This document shows positions 19,053 through 28,910 of a stretch of 64,000 bases of DNA, in pieces. A program made the position numbers and the translations under genes. This DNA comes from Candidatus Fermentibacterota bacterium (GTDB lineage Bacteria > JAFGKV01). How positions within the stretch are numbered: the first letter of the stretch is position 1; the number at the start of each line of letters is the position of its first letter. The notes beneath the pieces were generated by a model, which was not told the DNA's origin, made no database searches, and saw only the letters and a program-made list of their open reading frames with translations. Where the stretch lies: the NCBI GenBank assembly GCA_030620115.1, contig JAUXFG010000002.1, forward strand, positions 405 through 64,404, read 5' to 3'.

Positions 19053-20824
19053 TGTAGAAAAACCTCCTCGTGATGACGTTCATTGCACCAGATCACAAAC
19101 CTCAAATCTCCTCCCCGCGGTTCTCCATCCTCAAGGCGCACACCTTCGAGGTAAGGATTGCCAAGCGCGAAGCGAAGCGAAAGATCCCCTGAAGAGTCCG
19201 GCTTTTCGAGCCGGATACGAAACGAAAGCCCACGGTGTGCGGATTTCGCAATTGGCGCGAATTCGAATCGTGTGTATCCGTGCTTCACGAGACTACTCAA
19301 CGGAAGCTGAGTGGTTCGAAATACCTTACCGCTCTCCTCGTGCACCACCTCAAGATAGACGACGCCGCCGCGCTTCTGCGCACCCTCAAACATGACGTCA
19401 ATGGCACAGAGCCCGGCTCTACAACAGTAGAAACTCTGCCCCAATTCCGACCCCGAGGAGAGTGAATAGAGAACTACTCTATCTGCATAGCATTGATGTG
19501 CGTCCATCTCTCCTCTCTCAGGAAGGGAAGATAAGCCATACATGTGCTGAAGTTGCATAATACATGCCACGTCAGCGCCTCCACACAAGAGGGGTAGCGC
19601 TACCCACCATCGAGATACACGCAGACCCGCCAGCCCCCGAACAAGAAGAATGGCTATTGGTCCTGCGTAGGGAAACAGAAATCTCCCCTGGAGCTGGCTA
19701 GTCGAACCAAGGGTCATCATCCAGCCAAGAATCACCGCCACAACAGGAATCCACAAGGGCCAGATGGGGACCGGAGCCCGATAAGTGCCCATGGACCATC
19801 CTATGGTTGCCAAAGCAAGTATCGCCACCCAGAGAGCCCGCACCCCCCACGCAACATCGATGTCCATCCAGCCAAACTGCGCCCAGTATGAGGATAGAAG
19901 CGAGGAGAGGGACGCAAGGTAGTCCTTCCTCACAAGCTGTACGGCCTGTGAGCCTATTCTCATTCTCCATGAGGATAACTCCTGCCCCGCCAATGATCCG
20001 GTGAGAAGCAGACCAGCAGCAACGACAATCAGTACGCCCAGCAGATATCCGGAGAGCACCCTTCTGCACTTGTTCGGACGCCACATGATAAGCATCACTG
20101 GAACAGTGACCAAGTAAGCTGCCAAGTTCACTTTGACGGAGATCATGATGGCGGCAATGGCTCCTGAAATCGCTGCGGTCCAGAATGGGCGCGAAGATCT
20201 CACGAATACGGCAGCCGCCATGACGAGCCCTCCTGCGAGTATCGCTGCTCCATCATTTGATACGGATGTGGAGATGAAAAGGATCTGGGGAATGAGAAGA
20301 TGCAGGGTCAACACCAGGAGAGCCAACCGCGCATCACCAAACAGATACAGGCCACAGAGGTACGCCAACAGGCCAGACAAGAGGAGGGCAAGCAGGCCGA
20401 GCAATCGGATCACCACAACAAGGATCGGAGGATCGCCCCGGTGCGATCCCTCGAGGATGAAATGGCGACTTCCATCCATGCACCCAAACAAAGGTGATGG
20501 TCTCACGGTCCACGAGATGTCAGGCAGAGCCTTTGCCACAAGCGCAGCCATCCGATAGTACAAAGATGGTTGCACCGCCTCGTAGGTCACCACGCCAGGG
20601 AAAAATTCATCACCGTAAGCATGGGGCTCCTCGCCGTATCGAGCCAGGTGCAACACCCTTGCCAAATGGCTCGGCTCGTCTGGTTTCTCACCCACCGGCA
20701 CCACCAGACAGAATGCGAGCCCAAGCAGAATTCCCGCCACAAGCAGTACTGCAAGAAGAAGTCGGCTCCACCTTTGGCTATCCTGCACGTCGTATCGCCC
20801 CTTCCACGAAGAGAAGCATTCCAT
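19049..20824 (-). CDS. polytopic membrane protein, GT-C-fold (ArnT/PMT-like, DUF2142-like) glycosyltransferase candidate
   Basis: About 11 predicted TM helices. The first extracytoplasmic loop carries the acidic motif GEKPDEPSHLARVLHLARYGEE, as in GT39/GT83 enzymes. About 150-aa C-terminal soluble domain. Confidence 0.45.
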   Translation of the reverse strand: MECFSSWKGRYDVQDSQRWSRLLLAVLLVAGILLGLAFCLVVPVGEKPDEPSHLARVLHLARYGEEPHAYGDEFFPGVVTYEAVQPSLYYRMAALVAKALPDISWTVRPSPLFGCMDGSRHFILEGSHRGDPPILVVVIRLLGLLALLLSGLLAYLCGLYLFGDARLALLVLTLHLLIPQILFISTSVSNDGAAILAGGLVMAAAVFVRSSRPFWTAAISGAIAAIMISVKVNLAAYLVTVPVMLIMWRPNKCRRVLSGYLLGVLIVVAAGLLLTGSLAGQELSSWRMRIGSQAVQLVRKDYLASLSSLLSSYWAQFGWMDIDVAWGVRALWVAILALATIGWSMGTYRAPVPIWPLWIPVVAVILGWMMTLGSTSQLQGRFLFPYAGPIAILLVRGLAGLRVSRWWVALPLLCGGADVACIMQLQHMYGLSSLPERGEMDAHQCYADRVVLYSLSSGSELGQSFYCCRAGLCAIDVMFEGAQKRGGVVYLEVVHEESGKVFRTTQLPLSSLVKHGYTRFEFAPIAKSAHRGLSFRIRLEKPDSSGDLSLRFALGNPYLEGVRLEDGEPRGGDLRFVIWCNERHHEEVFLQ

Positions 20825-20890
20825 GAGACATGCGAACCCTTAGGACAAAGAGGAGAGAAACCGTCGACAGTCACCCAGCTCGAGTGGATA

Positions 20891-21976
20891 TCATTTGCGC
20901 ACTTTGATCAGAATCCATGCGCCTGCAACAAGAAACAGAATGTCGGGAATCCAGGCAGCAACAGCCGGTGGGAGCGTTTCATGATGTCCCAACGCTTGGC
21001 AGGCTCTTACTGTGCCGAAAAAAGCAAAACTGATCGCAATGGAGAGCCCAAAACTGAGCGCCAACCCCGATCGCCGCGGATTTGAAGCAAGAGGTGCGCC
21101 AAGGAGTACCATCAGGAAGTTTGCAAGGGGAAAGCTGAAGCGGAGGTTGAGCTCGACCTCCTGTTTGGCGGTCGATAACCCGCTCCGTTGCATCCTTCTG
21201 ATAAGCCGTTTCAGATCACTGACGCCTATCTCCTCCGGCTCTTGGGGTTTGCCCAAGAGATCGATAGGAGGCACACTGAGGTTGGCGGAACGTAGAAACC
21301 GAAACGGCGCCACATGTTCAACATGCCCAGAAAACACGCGAAGCAGGCCGGATCCTAGATTCCATAAGCCATTCACATACCTGCCGCGCTGAGCGTCGAT
21401 TCGCCAATCCACGGTGCCGTCACTGCCAGATATGATCGAGATGCCTTCAGCGTCCCCCCTATCAGCGCGGAGCATATTCACGTGATAGATTCTCCCCGCC
21501 TCATCTTGATGGACTAGATTCCGTTTGGGCTCGCTCCCCCGTGTGCGCCGCCTTTCAATCTCATGCCTCTTGATTCGCTCCATTCTCGCATTCGTCTCGG
21601 GATAGATCCAGCCTCCCAGGAAGCCAACGAGGATACTGAGCGCAAGCCCGATCCCCCAAAGGGGCGCCAGCAATCGGTAGAGGCTGACTCCGCTTGTTTT
21701 CATGGCCACCAATTCATTGCTCCGCGCCATGGAGCCAACCGAGAGGAGTGATGCAAGAAGAGTGGCGACCGGCAACGTAAGGACGATGATATAAGGACAG
21801 AGATACACGTAGTACATGACTACTGCCTTCAGAGGAGCGCGTCTATCGATGTAGGTATCGATATTATCAAGAATATCAACAAGCAAAAAAATCACTATAA
21901 AAGCACCCAATGACACTGAGAGTATTCTCAGGAATTCCCATGCGACATGACGATCAAAAGTGCCCATCATGAGCAT
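20891..21976 (-). CDS. LPS export permease, LptF/LptG (YjgP/YjgQ) family
   Basis: 361 aa with 6 TM segments and a periplasmic beta-jellyroll insert. N-terminal pattern ...MARSNELVAMKTSGVSLYRLLAPL is typical of YjgP/YjgQ. Confidence 0.7.
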   Translation of the reverse strand: MLMMGTFDRHVAWEFLRILSVSLGAFIVIFLLVDILDNIDTYIDRRAPLKAVVMYYVYLCPYIIVLTLPVATLLASLLSVGSMARSNELVAMKTSGVSLYRLLAPLWGIGLALSILVGFLGGWIYPETNARMERIKRHEIERRRTRGSEPKRNLVHQDEAGRIYHVNMLRADRGDAEGISIISGSDGTVDWRIDAQRGRYVNGLWNLGSGLLRVFSGHVEHVAPFRFLRSANLSVPPIDLLGKPQEPEEIGVSDLKRLIRRMQRSGLSTAKQEVELNLRFSFPLANFLMVLLGAPLASNPRRSGLALSFGLSIAISFAFFGTVRACQALGHHETLPPAVAAWIPDILFLVAGAWILIKVRK

Positions 21977-22036
21977 GGCTCCGCTTCGCTACCTGCCTGC
22001 CGGCAGGCAAGCGCAACTGTGGCCCTGGGGTGATGC

Positions 22037-23413
22037 CTACTCATCCTGGCCTGTGCCTTCTTTTTGTACACTCTCCACCAGAGAGCGACGAGGCTGGATG
22101 ATTGACCTCCAGCTCCATCGACCAGGTCCCCATTCCAAGAAAATAACCGCCACCAGATAGAGACCCACCGCCCCCACGACGACATTCGCTCCCCACATGG
22201 CAACTGCGGGAGAAATGAAGCGACGGTCGGCGAGTTCCTCCCCCCCTATGAGGAAGACATAGTAGATTACAAAAAAAATGAGGCTGATGCCAAGACCTGT
22301 CCCAATCCCTCCTCTTCTCGTGATGATCCCAATTGGCGCGCCAATGAGGACGAACACAATACATGAGAACGCCACGCTGTACTTCTTCTGTATCTCAACC
22401 TGATACCTGCTGATATCCCTTAGCTTGTACTGGATTGCCTGGTCTTCATTTTGAAGTTTCATGTAGAAACTCCGCTCGGCAAGTGGGCCGTACGGTGTGT
22501 CTTTCGAGGTACTCGGGGCAATAGGCCAGAGCGGTCCCAGTGTCCGCCCCAGCCTCTCATCAACAATCCGTACGATTCGCTCTTTCACGCTTCGAATCTC
22601 CCCCCGAAATCCGACGATCCGTTCCTCCATATCATGGGAAGTCATCTCTCTATCGCTCCTGTAACTCCGCTCGCGTTGCTCAAGAGTCAGGTGAAGACCA
22701 GAAAGATGGAGGCTGTTTTTTTTGAATCCAAGTCGCCTATATCGCCCGGGACTCTCCGGGTCTATCTCGTGGATCTCGCCGTCGAAGAGGTGAAGGGTCA
22801 GCATATCAAGCTCCGGTCGAGATTCGAGACGCCCACGCTGGGCCACGATTGCCCTTGGCCCCTCCTCCCCTTTACCATCCTCGTAGATAATCACGCCCCG
22901 CAACTCACCCGTATCTGTGTTCTCGCTTCTGATCAGGATATGGTAGCCGGGAAAGTCGTCGATGAACACGCCTACCCGTATGTTCACGGCGGGCTTCTTT
23001 CTGCTGATATCCGAGTGGAGAGCTGCGTACTGATGATTCACTTGGGGGAGGACACTGTTATTGAAATAGACCATGAGCAACGAGAGCACCAGTGAGGCGC
23101 CCAGTACAGGAATCAGAAGCCGCCCGAGACTAGTGCCGCTCGCCCTGACGGCCACGGTTTCGCCATCAGAGCTCAGTCTTCCGAATGTCATGAGTGTGGC
23201 CACAAGCACCGACATGGGCACGGTGAGCGCAAAAGTGAATGGCAGCATGAGAAAGAGCAGACGGATAACAGCCCACAAAGGCACCCCTCTGCCGAGCAGG
23301 AGGTCGAACACTTTGAGCAGATGATTCATGATCATGACGAAGGTCAGGATTGCCAAAGCTCCCAGGAAAGGGGAAACATGCTCCCGGAGCATATATCTGC
23401 TCAGAATTCCCAT
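22037..23413 (-). CDS. LPS export permease, LptF/LptG (YjgP/YjgQ) family, second paralog
   Basis: 458 aa. ...GRLSSDGETVAVRASGTSLGRLLIPV... matches the same family architecture. Confidence 0.7.
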   Translation of the reverse strand: MGILSRYMLREHVSPFLGALAILTFVMIMNHLLKVFDLLLGRGVPLWAVIRLLFLMLPFTFALTVPMSVLVATLMTFGRLSSDGETVAVRASGTSLGRLLIPVLGASLVLSLLMVYFNNSVLPQVNHQYAALHSDISRKKPAVNIRVGVFIDDFPGYHILIRSENTDTGELRGVIIYEDGKGEEGPRAIVAQRGRLESRPELDMLTLHLFDGEIHEIDPESPGRYRRLGFKKNSLHLSGLHLTLEQRERSYRSDREMTSHDMEERIVGFRGEIRSVKERIVRIVDERLGRTLGPLWPIAPSTSKDTPYGPLAERSFYMKLQNEDQAIQYKLRDISRYQVEIQKKYSVAFSCIVFVLIGAPIGIITRRGGIGTGLGISLIFFVIYYVFLIGGEELADRRFISPAVAMWGANVVVGAVGLYLVAVIFLEWGPGRWSWRSIIQPRRSLVESVQKEGTGQDE

Positions 23414-23416
23414 GGG

Positions 23417-24487
23417 TCAGACCACCTCAACAAGCCTGTAGGCCCTGCTTCCGAGGCCAATTGCCTCTCCATGAGCAAGCTGGATCGTGGGATCTATCTT
23501 CGGATAGCTCCATTCCGCCAAGCGCTTCCCGGATCTTTCCTTTATCAAATCCAAGATGGCCTGATCAACGGCAACCGGATCCGCGGAACCCAGAAGCCCG
23601 ATATCGGGAAACAGCACAGGCCCCGGGTCTTGCATACAGTCGCAATCCTTGGTGATGCGGAGACCAATCGCCACATGGATGAATCGATCCTCCCTCCTGT
23701 GCACCACCGCAAGCGCGTGTTCCGCAATCCTCCTCTGCAAGGACTCGGATGATACCTTCCAGTCAAACCCGATTGCAGCAGATCGGCACATGGCCAAACA
23801 CTCCCCACATCCGATGCACCGCGAGGAATCGATCTGTGCCTTGCCTTTCTCAAGGGTGATGGCGTCCACAGGGCACCAAAGCGCACACTCGCCACAGCCA
23901 ATGCAGGCCTTTCGCCGAATGAATGGCTTGGCAACCGAGTGCATGGCCAATTTGCCTTTTCGGGAAGCGAGCCCCATGCCGAGCATCTTGATCACACATC
24001 CCAAGCCCGTAATGATATGACCTGTGGGATGTGCAAGAACCACGAACCCCCGGGCTCGTCTGGCCAGGCCTGCAACCATCAGGCGTTTCCCGCCATCCAC
24101 AGGGATCGCCACCTCCTCCTCGTAGGCCCCTGTGAGACCGTCAGCAACGAGGAAAGGAGCTCCTGCGCTCTCGAGAGAATAGCCGTGCTCGGCAGCAAGT
24201 CGAGTATGACTTACTGCATCTGCCCGGGGGGATCGGTAGAGAACACATGTGTCGGTGAAAAACGGTTTCGCACCGAGAGCAGTAATCCCTCGCGCAGCCC
24301 CGGCGGCAAGTTCCGGTCCCAGGTAGCTGCTTTTTTTTCCCTCGCCGACATGCACCTTTATACCGATCAGGTCACCTCTTCTGCCCATCTTGGGAAGACC
24401 GAGCCGATTGAGCAACGCTTCCAGCTTGGATGGCCACTCGTCGGAATGAACACCGTCAGCAGGACAGAACAGGACTGTACTGGGCAT
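23417..24487 (-). CDS. DUF362-domain protein with two 4Fe-4S ferredoxin motifs
   Basis: Two CxxCxxCxxxCP clusters, CIGCGECALWCP and CIGCGECLAMC, embedded in the DUF362 fold. Confidence 0.6.
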   Translation of the reverse strand: MPSTVLFCPADGVHSDEWPSKLEALLNRLGLPKMGRRGDLIGIKVHVGEGKKSSYLGPELAAGAARGITALGAKPFFTDTCVLYRSPRADAVSHTRLAAEHGYSLESAGAPFLVADGLTGAYEEEVAIPVDGGKRLMVAGLARRARGFVVLAHPTGHIITGLGCVIKMLGMGLASRKGKLAMHSVAKPFIRRKACIGCGECALWCPVDAITLEKGKAQIDSSRCIGCGECLAMCRSAAIGFDWKVSSESLQRRIAEHALAVVHRREDRFIHVAIGLRITKDCDCMQDPGPVLFPDIGLLGSADPVAVDQAILDLIKERSGKRLAEWSYPKIDPTIQLAHGEAIGLGSRAYRLVEVV

Positions 24488-24930
24488 CTAATACCGATCC
24501 TTTCCAAACTCAAACACAATCAATGGCATCAAGCATCTTTGGAGTGCGCAAGCCACGCTTGCGCTTTCGAAGGCTGGAGCCACGCTCCCGCACACAAGAT
24601 TATGAGACATGCCTGTTCGCAATCATCCGATTAGACCCTCAGAACATAACTGGTGAGCACGTATCCGTCAGCCGTCAACGAGGCTAAAGACACCTCCTGC
24701 CTCGACATTCCCATTCCCTTGGACCGGTGGCGTATGGTCCCGCAACCCTTTCCCGAAAGGAAAGGAGTCGGCATATTCAGGCGCAGTGGCCTATTCGGAA
24801 GTATGGTAACATATCGTGCCCCGACACGCCGAACAGGTCAGTGTGTAAATAGTACGAACTCATATGCTTCGCAGAACGGCGACCAGAAGAAGCTCCGGTC
24901 ACCGGATTCTCTCGCCCCTGGAGGGTTCCC

Positions 24931-25788
24931 TTGAAGCGATTGCTCTTGCTACTGCTCACGATTGTTCTGGGCACATCATGTTCCGTGACCACAGGCATGA
25001 CGATGCGCGGCATGTTACCTGTGCTGGAAGAGATGGAGCTCTCCGTAAATGCCAGCTCCGATCTGGAGACTATCCGTGACGGACTACCGTCCGGCATGCT
25101 CTTCCTCGAGGCAATTGTCCGGAAGCTTCCTTCCGATCACCGTGCGCGGCTCCTCGCATCCAAGATCTATTCGGGGTACGCCATCGCATTTGCGGAGGAG
25201 TCGGACCACAGCAGAGCGGTGACCCTTTACCTGAAAGCGAAAGACCACGGTCTTATGGCTCTCCCTGGTGGAACGATAATCCGTGAAGGGAAATACAGAG
25301 ATGCCGAGCAAGCCATCTCTCGTCTGGGCAAGAATGATGTCCCTCTCCTCTTTTGGACTGCCCAGGCGTGGGCCGGCGCCATCCGTCTCGGCCTCGACAA
25401 TCCAAGAAACCTGGCAGCACTGGCACGTGTAGAGGCAATGATGGACAGAGTTCTCCAGCTTGATGGTTCCTACTATCATGGAGGGCCCCACCTCTTTGCC
25501 GGTGTTCTTCTCGGCGCCAAACCTCCGCCTGCGGGAGGAGACCCCGATCTCGGTCTGCAGCGCATAGATGAAGCCCTCCGGATTTCCGAAGGCCATTTCC
25601 TCTTGGCCCTGTATTACAAGGCCGCGCTTCTCGCAACACTCCCGGGGCGAGAGGAAGAGGCAAAAGAAACCATCGGATTCTTGTTGGAGAATAAGGATCC
25701 TCATCCGGAACAACTTACACTGACAAATACCGTGGCAATGGCGCGTGCAAAGCATCTGCTAGCACGTATCCTCGAGGAGGAACTGTGA
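24931..25788 (+). CDS. TPR-like lipoprotein, TatT-like component of a TPR-protein-associated TRAP transporter
   Basis: TTG start with SD GGAGGG 8 nt upstream. Lipobox LGTSCS. All-helical TPR-like protein immediately upstream of, and overlapping, the TRAP SBP gene. Confidence 0.5.
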   Translation: MKRLLLLLLTIVLGTSCSVTTGMTMRGMLPVLEEMELSVNASSDLETIRDGLPSGMLFLEAIVRKLPSDHRARLLASKIYSGYAIAFAEESDHSRAVTLYLKAKDHGLMALPGGTIIREGKYRDAEQAISRLGKNDVPLLFWTAQAWAGAIRLGLDNPRNLAALARVEAMMDRVLQLDGSYYHGGPHLFAGVLLGAKPPPAGGDPDLGLQRIDEALRISEGHFLLALYYKAALLATLPGREEEAKETIGFLLENKDPHPEQLTLTNTVAMARAKHLLARILEEEL

Positions 25789-26786
25789 GCTTCTTGCGTC
25801 GTAATTCTCTGCTGGCTTTGATGCTGACTCTCGCCCTGACAGCCCCATCCCACAGTACATATCTGAAATTCGCATCGTTGGCGCCGGAAGGAACGAGTTG
25901 GATGAAACGGATGCATGAGTTGGCCGATGAGTTGGCTGACAGCACGGAAGGACGAGTAAAGATTAAGTTCTACCCGGGAGGAGTTGCCGGAGACGAGCGG
26001 GACGTACTCCGCAAAATCCGCATCGGCCAAATTCACGCTGCGGGCTTCACTGGGAATGGGCTCGGGGAGATCGTTCCTGCTATGAGGGTCTTGGATACGC
26101 CGTTCCTTTTTGTCAGCTTGGAGGAATACGACGCCGTTCTTGCTGCGGTTGATGACACCTTGCGGGCCATGTTTCGCGAGCAGGGATTCGAACTGGCCGG
26201 CTGGGCCAGTGTCGGCATGGTCTATCTCTTCTCAAAGGAACCTATCTCATCAGTCGACGCATTGAGGAAGTCAAGACCATGGGTATGGGAGACCGACCCC
26301 CTGGCATCCGCCCTCTTCGCAAAACTGCATATCAGCCCGATCCCGCTTCCACTCCCGCAGGTGCTCACAAGCCTGCAGACCGGGGTCATAAACGTGGCGT
26401 ACAGCTCACCCACCGCTGCCGTGTCTCTCCAATGGTTCACGCGAGTATCATGCATGACCGACCTCCCCATCACCCACTCCACGGGCGGAGTAGTAATCTC
26501 ATCAAAATTCCTCAATAAGCTAAAACCTGTTGATAGAGAGATGACATTGCGCCTCTTCCAAGACCATCTGAACAGGCTGGAGCCTGTCACTCGGAACGAG
26601 GAGGTCATCTCGCTCGAGGTGCTCTCTGAGGAAGGCATACAACCAATCCCCGTGGCCGAAGATGACATCGTCTTGTTCCGGGAGCTTGGTCGTGAGGTGC
26701 GCCGGGAACTGGTGGGCCAACTCTATCCTCAATGGCTCCTCGACGAGGTGATAACAGCGCTCTCGGAGTTCCGTACGGCAGAATGA
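25785..26786 (+). CDS. TRAP transporter substrate-binding protein (DctP family)
   Basis: Signal peptide, then the DctP-family fold (KFASLAPEGTSW..., ...PGGVAGDERDVL...). ATGA overlap with the upstream gene. Confidence 0.8.
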   Translation: MSFLRRNSLLALMLTLALTAPSHSTYLKFASLAPEGTSWMKRMHELADELADSTEGRVKIKFYPGGVAGDERDVLRKIRIGQIHAAGFTGNGLGEIVPAMRVLDTPFLFVSLEEYDAVLAAVDDTLRAMFREQGFELAGWASVGMVYLFSKEPISSVDALRKSRPWVWETDPLASALFAKLHISPIPLPLPQVLTSLQTGVINVAYSSPTAAVSLQWFTRVSCMTDLPITHSTGGVVISSKFLNKLKPVDREMTLRLFQDHLNRLEPVTRNEEVISLEVLSEEGIQPIPVAEDDIVLFRELGREVRRELVGQLYPQWLLDEVITALSEFRTAE

Positions 26787-27286
26787 CTCGGCACACCGAG
26801 GATAATTTCCGCCACAAGATCACCCGAATCCTCAATGCATTGGAGACTGGTTTTCTCGTTCTCCTTGTTGCGCTTCTTCTCCTGAGCGGACTCGCGCAGT
26901 TCTTCCTACGCAATTTCTTTCATACCGGTCTCCTCTGGCTCGAGCCGCTCTCTCGTTATCTCGTGCTGTGGATCACGTTTTTGGGCGCTCTCAAAGCCGC
27001 TGGTGAAGAACGACACATACGGATAGATCTAGTTCCCCGGCTTCTCAAAGGGAGAGCTCGCACGCTGTTCGATATCATGGCATCGCTCTCTGCGGCCACA
27101 GTATGTCTCTTTCTTGCACGCTGGGCTCTGGATTTCCTTCGTATGGAGCGGGAGTTCGGTGGGATGGCATTTCTCGCCGTGCCCACCTGGATTGCTTTGG
27201 CGGCCATTCCAGTAGGATTCCTCTGTTTGGGGCTGCGCATGGGGGGCCGTGCCATACAAGAGCTCTTAGGGTTCACACAGGAATAG
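26783..27286 (+). CDS. TRAP transporter small permease (DctQ family)
   Basis: Four TM segments, about 167 aa. The start overlaps the DctP-like stop (ATGA). Confidence 0.7.
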   Translation: MTRHTEDNFRHKITRILNALETGFLVLLVALLLLSGLAQFFLRNFFHTGLLWLEPLSRYLVLWITFLGALKAAGEERHIRIDLVPRLLKGRARTLFDIMASLSAATVCLFLARWALDFLRMEREFGGMAFLAVPTWIALAAIPVGFLCLGLRMGGRAIQELLGFTQE

Positions 27287-27337
27287 GTTCGCAGTCTTGA
27301 CGCACAGATTTGCCATGGAATTGTTTTCCCCATGTAG

Positions 27338-27387
27338 GGGCACGGCATGCCGTGCCCACCGGAGGCATAGTCCCGCCGTCGGCGGGA
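27338..27387. repeat. two GC-rich perfect palindromes between the DctQ-like and DctM-like genes
   Basis: GGGCACGGCA|TGCCGTGCCC is a 20-nt perfect palindrome, followed by CCCGCCG-tc-GGCGGG. Confidence 0.5.
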
Positions 27388-27442
27388 TAAAGATGGGAAG
27401 TCAGAATGCCGAGTTATCCTTGCCGATCCGGGCAATGACCTG

Positions 27443-28693
27443 ATGCCTATTCTTCTGATCGCCCTGGCGCTGATAGGAACCCCGTTATTCGCCGTCCTGG
27501 CCGGTCTGGCCCTGATTGGTTTTGCTTCGCAAGACTCACCAGGCAGTGCCGTGATCATCGAAATGGCACGCATGGCCGGCACCTCGACACTTACACCGAT
27601 ACCGCTCTTTGCTCTGACGGGCTATCTTTTGGCCGCCGGAAGCGGCCCCACACGCCTCATCGCACTCTCTCAGGCCTTGCTCGGCTGGCTTCCGGGGGGA
27701 TTGGCAATCGCATGCCTGACCGCTTCCGCGTTGTTCACGGCGCTCACAGGCGCCTCAGGCGTCACTATCATTGCCTTGGGGGGCCTGCTCCTGCCGGCCT
27801 TGAGAGGTTCCGGGTATCGGGAGAAGTTCAGCCTTGGTCTCGTAACCACCTCGGGCAGCCTTGGTCTTCTATTCCCGCCCAGCCTACCACTCATCATCTA
27901 TGGCTTCATCGCTGAAGTGCCGATAGATGATCTCTTTCGAGCTGGCCTCTTGCCCGGGCTTCTCTTGGTATCGCTCCTGGGAGTATATTCCGCTGTCACG
28001 GCGCGCAGGCATCGGATTCCAAGAACACCCACATCATTCCCCGCGCTTCTGAGGGCCTTCAAAGAGGCCTTCGGAGAACTCATACTGCCGGTACTCGTGC
28101 TTGGAGGCATCTACGGAGGCTTCCTCACTATTTCAGAAGCCGCAGCCTTGGCAGCAACCTATGCACTCATCCTCACGGTCGTGGTGAGGAAGGAACTCGC
28201 TTTGTCACAGCTTGTGCAAGTCATCAGGGAAAGCATGGTGCTTGTCGGCGGAATCCTCATCATTCTCTGTTCCGCAATGGGACTCACAAGCTACCTCGTG
28301 GATATTCAGCTCCCCATGAAAGTCCTGGCAGTCATGGAGGGACATGTGGCGAGCAAGATCGGCTTTCTCCTTCTTCTCAATGTGATGCTCTTGGCGGTCG
28401 GCTGCCTCATGGACATTTTCTCTGCGCTGGTCGTCGTGGCCCCTCTCATCATCCCATTGGCTACCCAATTTGGCGTCAATCCAATCCATCTGGGAATCAT
28501 CTTCCTCGCCAATCTTGAGATTGGATACTCCACTCCACCGGTAGGCCTGAATCTTTTCATCGCCAGTCTCCGTTTCGACAAACCGATGCTTACTCTTTAT
28601 GCGGCGAGTCTCCCCTTTCTCGCGCTCCTCTTGCTTGCACTGGCCGTCATCACTTACTGGCCGGCCCTCTCCATGGCCCTAGTCGGCTCCTGA
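27443..28693 (+). CDS. TRAP transporter large permease (DctM family)
   Basis: 416 aa with about 12 TM segments. The DctM-family pattern is conserved throughout. Confidence 0.85.
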   Translation: MPILLIALALIGTPLFAVLAGLALIGFASQDSPGSAVIIEMARMAGTSTLTPIPLFALTGYLLAAGSGPTRLIALSQALLGWLPGGLAIACLTASALFTALTGASGVTIIALGGLLLPALRGSGYREKFSLGLVTTSGSLGLLFPPSLPLIIYGFIAEVPIDDLFRAGLLPGLLLVSLLGVYSAVTARRHRIPRTPTSFPALLRAFKEAFGELILPVLVLGGIYGGFLTISEAAALAATYALILTVVVRKELALSQLVQVIRESMVLVGGILIILCSAMGLTSYLVDIQLPMKVLAVMEGHVASKIGFLLLLNVMLLAVGCLMDIFSALVVVAPLIIPLATQFGVNPIHLGIIFLANLEIGYSTPPVGLNLFIASLRFDKPMLTLYAASLPFLALLLLALAVITYWPALSMALVGS

Positions 28694-28762
28694 GGGTTCG
28701 CATTCTTGGCGAGAGTATTCGCCGTAGGATCGGTCTCCTCAATGTTGGAGCATCGCCCGCTG

Positions 28763-28810
28763 GCGGATTCAATCCCTCAATTTGCGATCAAGAAATCCGC
28801 TTTTCTTTCC
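28763..28810 (+). terminator. possible weak terminator after the DctM-like gene
   Basis: GCGGATT...AATCCGC stem (7 bp, long loop) followed by TTTTCTTTCC. Confidence 0.2.
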
Positions 28811-28815
28811 ACTTC

Positions 28816-28870
28816 CTCAGAATGACACACACCGCCATATATATGTATCCATAACCACTGTCATTCTGAG
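28816..28870. repeat. hairpin of the dispersed GTCATT(C/G)(T/C)GAG family
   Basis: CTCAGAATGACA-(31 nt)-TGTCATTCTGAG with perfect 12-bp arms. The same arms recur at 54076..54110 and a single arm at about 32572. Confidence 0.5.
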
Positions 28871-28910
28871 CGACCCACAGGAACGAAGAATCTCTCTTCC
28901 TTCCAGAGTC

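Noticed and set aside
24931-24933. Doubt about the TTG start of the TatT-like gene
   Set aside because: It was not rejected as a gene. A strong GGAGGG SD 8 nt upstream and the lipoprotein signal directly after the TTG support the non-ATG start rather than an upstream extension.
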